Below, one piece after another: positions 55,801 through 61,800 of a DNA stretch of 64,000 bases. This DNA is from Candidatus Lindowbacteria bacterium RIFCSPLOWO2_12_FULL_62_27 (GTDB lineage: Bacteria > Lindowbacteria > 2-12-FULL-62-27). Position 1 is the stretch's first letter. Every line of letters starts with the position of its first letter. A model generated the notes under the pieces. The model searched no databases. It worked only from the letters and a program-made list of their open reading frames with translations, and was not told the DNA's origin. The stretch is taken from contig MFPR01000002.1 in assembly GCA_001784175.1 (NCBI GenBank), positions 1 to 64,000 of the forward strand. Reading direction: 5' to 3'. Both the position numbers and the translations under genes were made by a program.

Positions 55801-58800
55801 TCCTTGCCGAAGAACGTGTCCTCATACTGGGTCGCGGCGATCCCGTGGGAGATCAAGTAATTTTTTACCGCCGGTTTCTTCGTGTCGTACAGGACGATCG
55901 CGGTGTCCTCGCGGAAATTTCCGGCGTTGTCGTACACGGTGGCGACGAGGGCGTAGTATCCGTCCTGCGTGCCGTCGGTCTTGCGGTTCAGGCCGAAGGT
56001 GCTGGTCGTGGGGTTGAGGTTGAACTGCGCGCCGATGTCGCCGGCGTCGATCCCGTCGCCCTCGTCGTCCCAATACCACCGGAAGGTGGGCAGGAGGGCG
56101 CCGGCGGTGGGAATCTGCGCGGGCGTATCGGACAGCTCGACGGTGACGGCTGCGAGGGAATTGACGAACTTGCCGGTGTCCGGCGTAATCTTGATGTTGG
56201 GCGCCGAATCGTCAAAGACGAACCGGCGGTCGATGGTGGTGTCGTTGCCGTTCTTGTCGCGGGCGAAAATCAGCAGTTCATAAAGGCCGGGCGGCGGGGT
56301 CGAATCGGCGGGAACGATGTAGAAGGAATCGCTGATCTTGGTGACCGTGAAATTGAGGGACTTGCCGGTCGTGAGGTTCGTGAGGCTGAGGACGGTCGTA
56401 TTGGTGGTATCGACGCCGCCGACATATCCGCTGGGGCTCGTGTCGGCGAGGAAGACGGTGATGGTTTCGACGGAGGTATTGAACGCGACGGACGCGTCGA
56501 GGGTCTTGGCCGGATCGTTGTTCCGGAACGTCTGCAGGGCGTAGGGGTCGGTCGTGTCGAGAATGAATATCCGCGTGTCGGACAATGTGTTCCGGGCCTT
56601 GTCGCGCACGTCGATCTGGATGAGGTACGTGTCATCTTTCGAGCCGTTGGCCGGCAGGGAGATCACGGGCGTGAAGATGAGGTCGGTTGAATCGGAGGTG
56701 ACCGTGCCGCCGACCACGAGGTCGTTGTTGTCGATGATCGCGTCGCGGTCGAGGTCCTCAAAGAGCTGAATCCGCGCGCCGCCCTGGACTTCGGTGAAGA
56801 GCGAGAAATCGACGCCGGAGAGGGAGTCGACCGGCCGGATTTTGATCTGCGACAGGCTCGACTTGCTCGCGAAGGTCGAGGGATCGACGACGCCGAGATT
56901 GGATTTCGCCACCATGCTGGGCGATGTCGTCGAGAGCGAGGGTTTGGACTGGTCGAAGATGACGACGAGGTCGTCGTCGTTGCCGAACGTGCCGGAGGCT
57001 TCGACGTTGCCGGCGTTGTCGACCGCGAGTCCCTGGATGCGGAAGGACCCCTCGCCGCCGTTGACGAAGGTGGAGATGGGGATGTTTCGGACGCCCCACG
57101 TGTCCTGGCCGTCGCTCAGGGGATTGCGGGCGGTGTCGGTCGTGATCGTGACCGAGGTCCACGTGCTGTCGGGCCGGAGGATCCGCCACTGGACCTGCTT
57201 GAGGTCGGACTTGCCGCCGACCTGCGGCACGCGGCCGAAGATGTCGATGGCGACGTCGGTGGCGTTGAAGGGACTGCTGTTGCCGCCGGTGGTTTTGGCC
57301 GTCGTGACGTCGGCGTCGGGCGCGACGGTGTCGACGCGGAAGAAGACGATCTGGTCGTTGGACCGCAGGTCCGCCTTGACCGGCGCGTCGCTGTCGCGGG
57401 TGGCCGCGACGATGACGCTGTCGAATGTCTTGAAGACCTGCGCGCCCGTCACGATCTGGCCGCTCTTGGTGCCGGTGTCGATCGTGAGGGTGTCGACGAG
57501 GAGCGCGCCGTTGGCGTCGCGTCCGAAGACGACCACGAGGGTGGCCGTGTCGACGTCGTCGAAGACGACGAGCACGGCCTGGCTCACGCGCGGGAGGGTC
57601 TTGACGTTGGAGTCGATCGAAACGAACCCGGCGGTGCCGTATCCGCCGACATTGACGAGGCTGAACCCGCCCTTGCCGGACACCAGGCTCTTGTTGCCGA
57701 CCGTGTCGGTGGAGGTGGCGGTAAAGGTGTTGTTGCCCTGCGGCACGAGTACGCCGGCGATGGAGTATTCGCCGGTCGCGGCGTTGGCCGTGGCGGTTCC
57801 GACGGAGGAATCGACGCCGTTCAGGAGGACGTGGATGATCCCGCCGGGCGCGGTGAATCCGGAGACGGTGACGGTGAGCGTGGAGAGGGCGTTATTGTCG
57901 GTGTTGACGATCTGCGGCGCGTCGGGCCGCAGGTTGTCGACGTTGAACTGGCCGTCGCCGGTGCGGATTTCCTTTGTTTTCTCGTCGACGGCCGTCAATT
58001 TCCAGAAGTATGGATTCTCGGCGTCCTGCGACACAAATGACCCGGAGGCCTTGCCGTCCCAACTGAAGAATTTGGTAGACGGAAAGACCGTAAGGGTGAC
58101 GGCGTCGGCCACGATGGGCGAGGTGTCGGTCCGTTTGGCGAAGACCTCAAAGCGGACGGTTGCCGTTTCGTCCGCGCCATCGATCTTGTAGGACACGATC
58201 GCGTTGTCCTTGAGGCCGTCCTGGTTCTGCGGGGAGAAGGTCGCGTTGGAGACGCTGAGGTCCGACAGCGTGAAGGGCGTATTGTCGATGCGGAGTTCCC
58301 CGACGACGCGGGCCGTGAGGCCGTGCCCGTCGATGGCGGTGATGATGTACTGATAGGTCCCGTCGGCCTGGAAGACGCCGGATGAGTTTTTGCCGTCCCA
58401 CACGATCTTGCCGGCGGTTGTGTCGCCGGTGACCGGACCGAAGGTCCGTACGGTGAGTCCGGTGGTCTTGGAGATGATGTCGACGCGGGAACTCTGGGCC
58501 AGGAGCGTCGAGTAGACGAACTCGGTCTGGTCCTGCTCGCCGGGCGTGGAGTTGGGCGAGAAGGGCGTGGGCGTGGCGGACTGGGCGAGTGTGACCTGCG
58601 GCGGCGTCACGTCCTTGATGCCGGTGGCCTTGCCGGTGGTCACATTGTTGGACAGGTCGTACACGCGGAGCGTGAAGAGGTAGGTGTCCTCGATGACGAT
58701 GCTGCCGTTTTTATCGAGTCCATTCCAGTGGATGAGGTTCTGTCCGGCCGTCTGGTTGACGAGGATCGTGTCCTCGCGGATGAAGGCGAAGGCGGAATTG

Positions 58801-61800
58801 GTCACGGTCAGGACGGCGGTCTCGACCGATTCGGACAACACATATTTCAGATCCGCGCCCGCGTCTCCGAACGGCGTCGGCTCGACCACGATGTCGGAGA
58901 CGGTCGGGCCGACCACGTCGGTCAGGCGGGGGTCATAGACCACGTAGAGGGTGTCGGACATGCTTCCGGTGTTGCCCGCGTTGTCGACCGCGTAGGCCTC
59001 GATGTTCCACACGCCGATGGTGTCGCTGAGCGCTTTGAAGTCGACGGTGCCGAGCCATGAGGCGGCGCCGATGGCGAGGGAGTCGGCGCCGTTGGCGTTG
59101 GTGGTGACGTTGACGTGCGCCGCCGTCGCGATCCCGCCGGTGTCGCGCGGGGCGAAGACGCGGAAGTAGACGCGCGCGACCGTTCCGGTCGTGTCGGTGG
59201 AACTGCCGCTAATGGCGATGGGTCCGGCGCGGAACTGGGTATTGGTGATGGGGCTGATGATGCGTGTGTAGGGTGTGTCGACGTCGAAGACGAAGGACAA
59301 GGTGTCCTCGGCGCGGTTGCCGGCGGCGTCGATGGCGACGTAGTGGAGGTCGTAGTCGCCGACCTCCGCGAGCCCGTCGATGACGCTGCCGCCGGTGAGG
59401 ACGCGGGCCATGGTGTCGACGCCGGTGTCGGCGACGAAGGTCCCGAGCTTGACGCCGGCCTTGCGGAAGATCAGCTCGACGAAGGTCGAGTCGGTGGTCT
59501 GCGTGCCGTAGCCGACGATGTCGGCGGCCCGGTTATAGTTTTTGACCGCAGCGGCGGAGGCGGTGTCGACGAGGTTGACGCCGACCATCACGATACTGTC
59601 GTTGAATCCGGCGCCGGACGTGAACGAATCATAGACACTCGCGGACTTGCCGTGCGTGATGATGAACGCCTCGACCGTGGGCTTGACGGTGTCGTACCGG
59701 ACGATCCGGGTGTCCTCGCGGAAGTTTCCGGCCTTGTCGAAGGCGCCGACGACGATGGCGTAGTCGCCGTCCTGGGACCCGTCGGCGAGCCGGCCGAAGT
59801 TGACGGTGCTGCTGTCGGCGTTGAGGGTGGCGGACGAGAGCACTTCGGCGGCGGTGAAGACGCCGTCGCCGTCGGCGTCGTAGTACCACCGGATCCGCGG
59901 CTCCTGGCCGGAAGCGGTCGACACGCCGGACACGGCGTCGGCGAGGACCACATTGACGGCCGAGAGGGAACTCACGCGCGCGCCGGTGTCGGGCGTGACT
60001 TTGATCGAGACCGAATCCTGATCGAACAGGAAATTGCGTCGGATGTCGACCAGGTTGCCGTTCTTGTCGCGCGCGCGGACGCTGATGAAATAGGCGCCGG
60101 AGGCGGGCGTCGAATCGACGAGTTCGACGAACAACTGCGAGCCGGCCCGAACGGTCGTTCGAGTCGCGATGGCCTGGTTGGTGGAGAGATTGAAGAACCC
60201 GCTGAAGTCGCTGTTGACCGTGTCGATCCCGCCCACGTATCCGCTGGCGCTCGTGTCGGCCAGCTCCACGCTGATCGTGTCGAGGAACGTCGAGATCACG
60301 GCGCTTTCGGCGATCACCTTTGCAGTTGCGGGCGGCTCGCTGCCGGGCGTGTCGCCGAGGTGCCACGCGACGGCGAAGGGCTTGGTGGAATCGAGGATGA
60401 AGCGGACCGTGTCGGCCAGTATGTTTTGCGCGTTGTCGCGGCTGTAGATCGGCACGAGGTACGTGTCGTCCCGCGTCCCGTCGCCGGGCAGGGGCAGGAA
60501 GAAGGTGAGGGTGACGGTGGAGTCGGCGTTGGCGACGGAGGGCGTGCCGCCGATCTGGATATCGCCGCCGTCAATGTTCCCGTTGCCGTTTTTGTCCTCC
60601 CATACCTGGATGGTGGTGATCCCGCCTGTCGTGGTGGTGAGCCGGGCGTCCATGCCGGACCCGCCGTCGGCCGGCTTGATCGAAACCGCCGCGAGGCCGG
60701 TGTCCTGGAGCGCGTTGTGGACCGGGCTGGATGAGCCGATGGTCGGCGGGGTCTGGTCGTAGATGAACTCGAGATCGTCCTGGTTTCCGCCGTCGTTGGC
60801 GACCTCCTGGTTGCCGGTGGCGTCGACGCCGACGGCCTGCACGCGGTATTTGCCCTCGCCGCCGCTGGTGAGGACGGTGGCGGCGAAGGTGGCGACGAAG
60901 GTGTCGTATCCGAGGCTGCCGTAATTGACGGTGATGGAATCGGCCTCGGTGAGCGCGGTCCAGGTGTTGGTGGGATTGCGGACGCGGATCTTGACCTTGG
61001 CGGCCTCCTTGGTCGGCGTGATCCGGCCGAGGACGCGGACGTTGCCGGCCGTCAGATTGATCGGCGCCTGCTGGCCGCTCGTCGCCTCGTAGACGGTCCG
61101 CACGTCAGCGTTCGGCGAGACGCTGTCGACCTTGAAGAAGACGATCTGGTCCTCGGCCCGCAGCTCCACGCTGTTGGCCGGGGTGCTGTCGGTCTGCCTG
61201 GCCACGGCGATGGTGTCGAAGCGGGTGAAGAGTTTGGACCCGGTGGCGATGGACCCGCTGGAGGCGTTGGTGTCGATGGTGAGGGTGTCGTAGTCGACCG
61301 CTCCGTTGACCAGCCCGCCGATGACGACGCGGAAGGAGGTGTCGATCGTGTTGGTATGGCGGAGGATGATGAGCGCCTTGGACGCGCGGGGCAAGCCCGT
61401 TTCGCCGCCGAGCGCCGTTATCGCCAGGCCGGTTTCGCTGACGCCGACGAGAGACACGCCGGAGAGGCCGGTCAGTTTGCTGATGTTGCCGACGGAATCG
61501 GCGGCCTGGGCGTAGACGATGTTGTTGCCTTCGCTGAGGGCGACGGTGGTGAAGGTGAAGAGCCCGGTGACGTCGTCGGCCTTGGCGGTGGTCGTGAGGA
61601 GCGTGCCGTTGACGTTGAGCTGGATGGTGTTTGAGACTTCGGCGACGCCGGTGACGGTCGAGACGAGCGCGGTCTTGAGCGCGGTATCGTCGGCGGTCGT
61701 CATCTTGGGCGCCGGCGGCCGGGTCTGGTCCACGGTGACTCTGGCGTCGGCCGTGACGACATCATTGAGGAGCGGGTCCATCGCCGAGAGTCTGATCTTG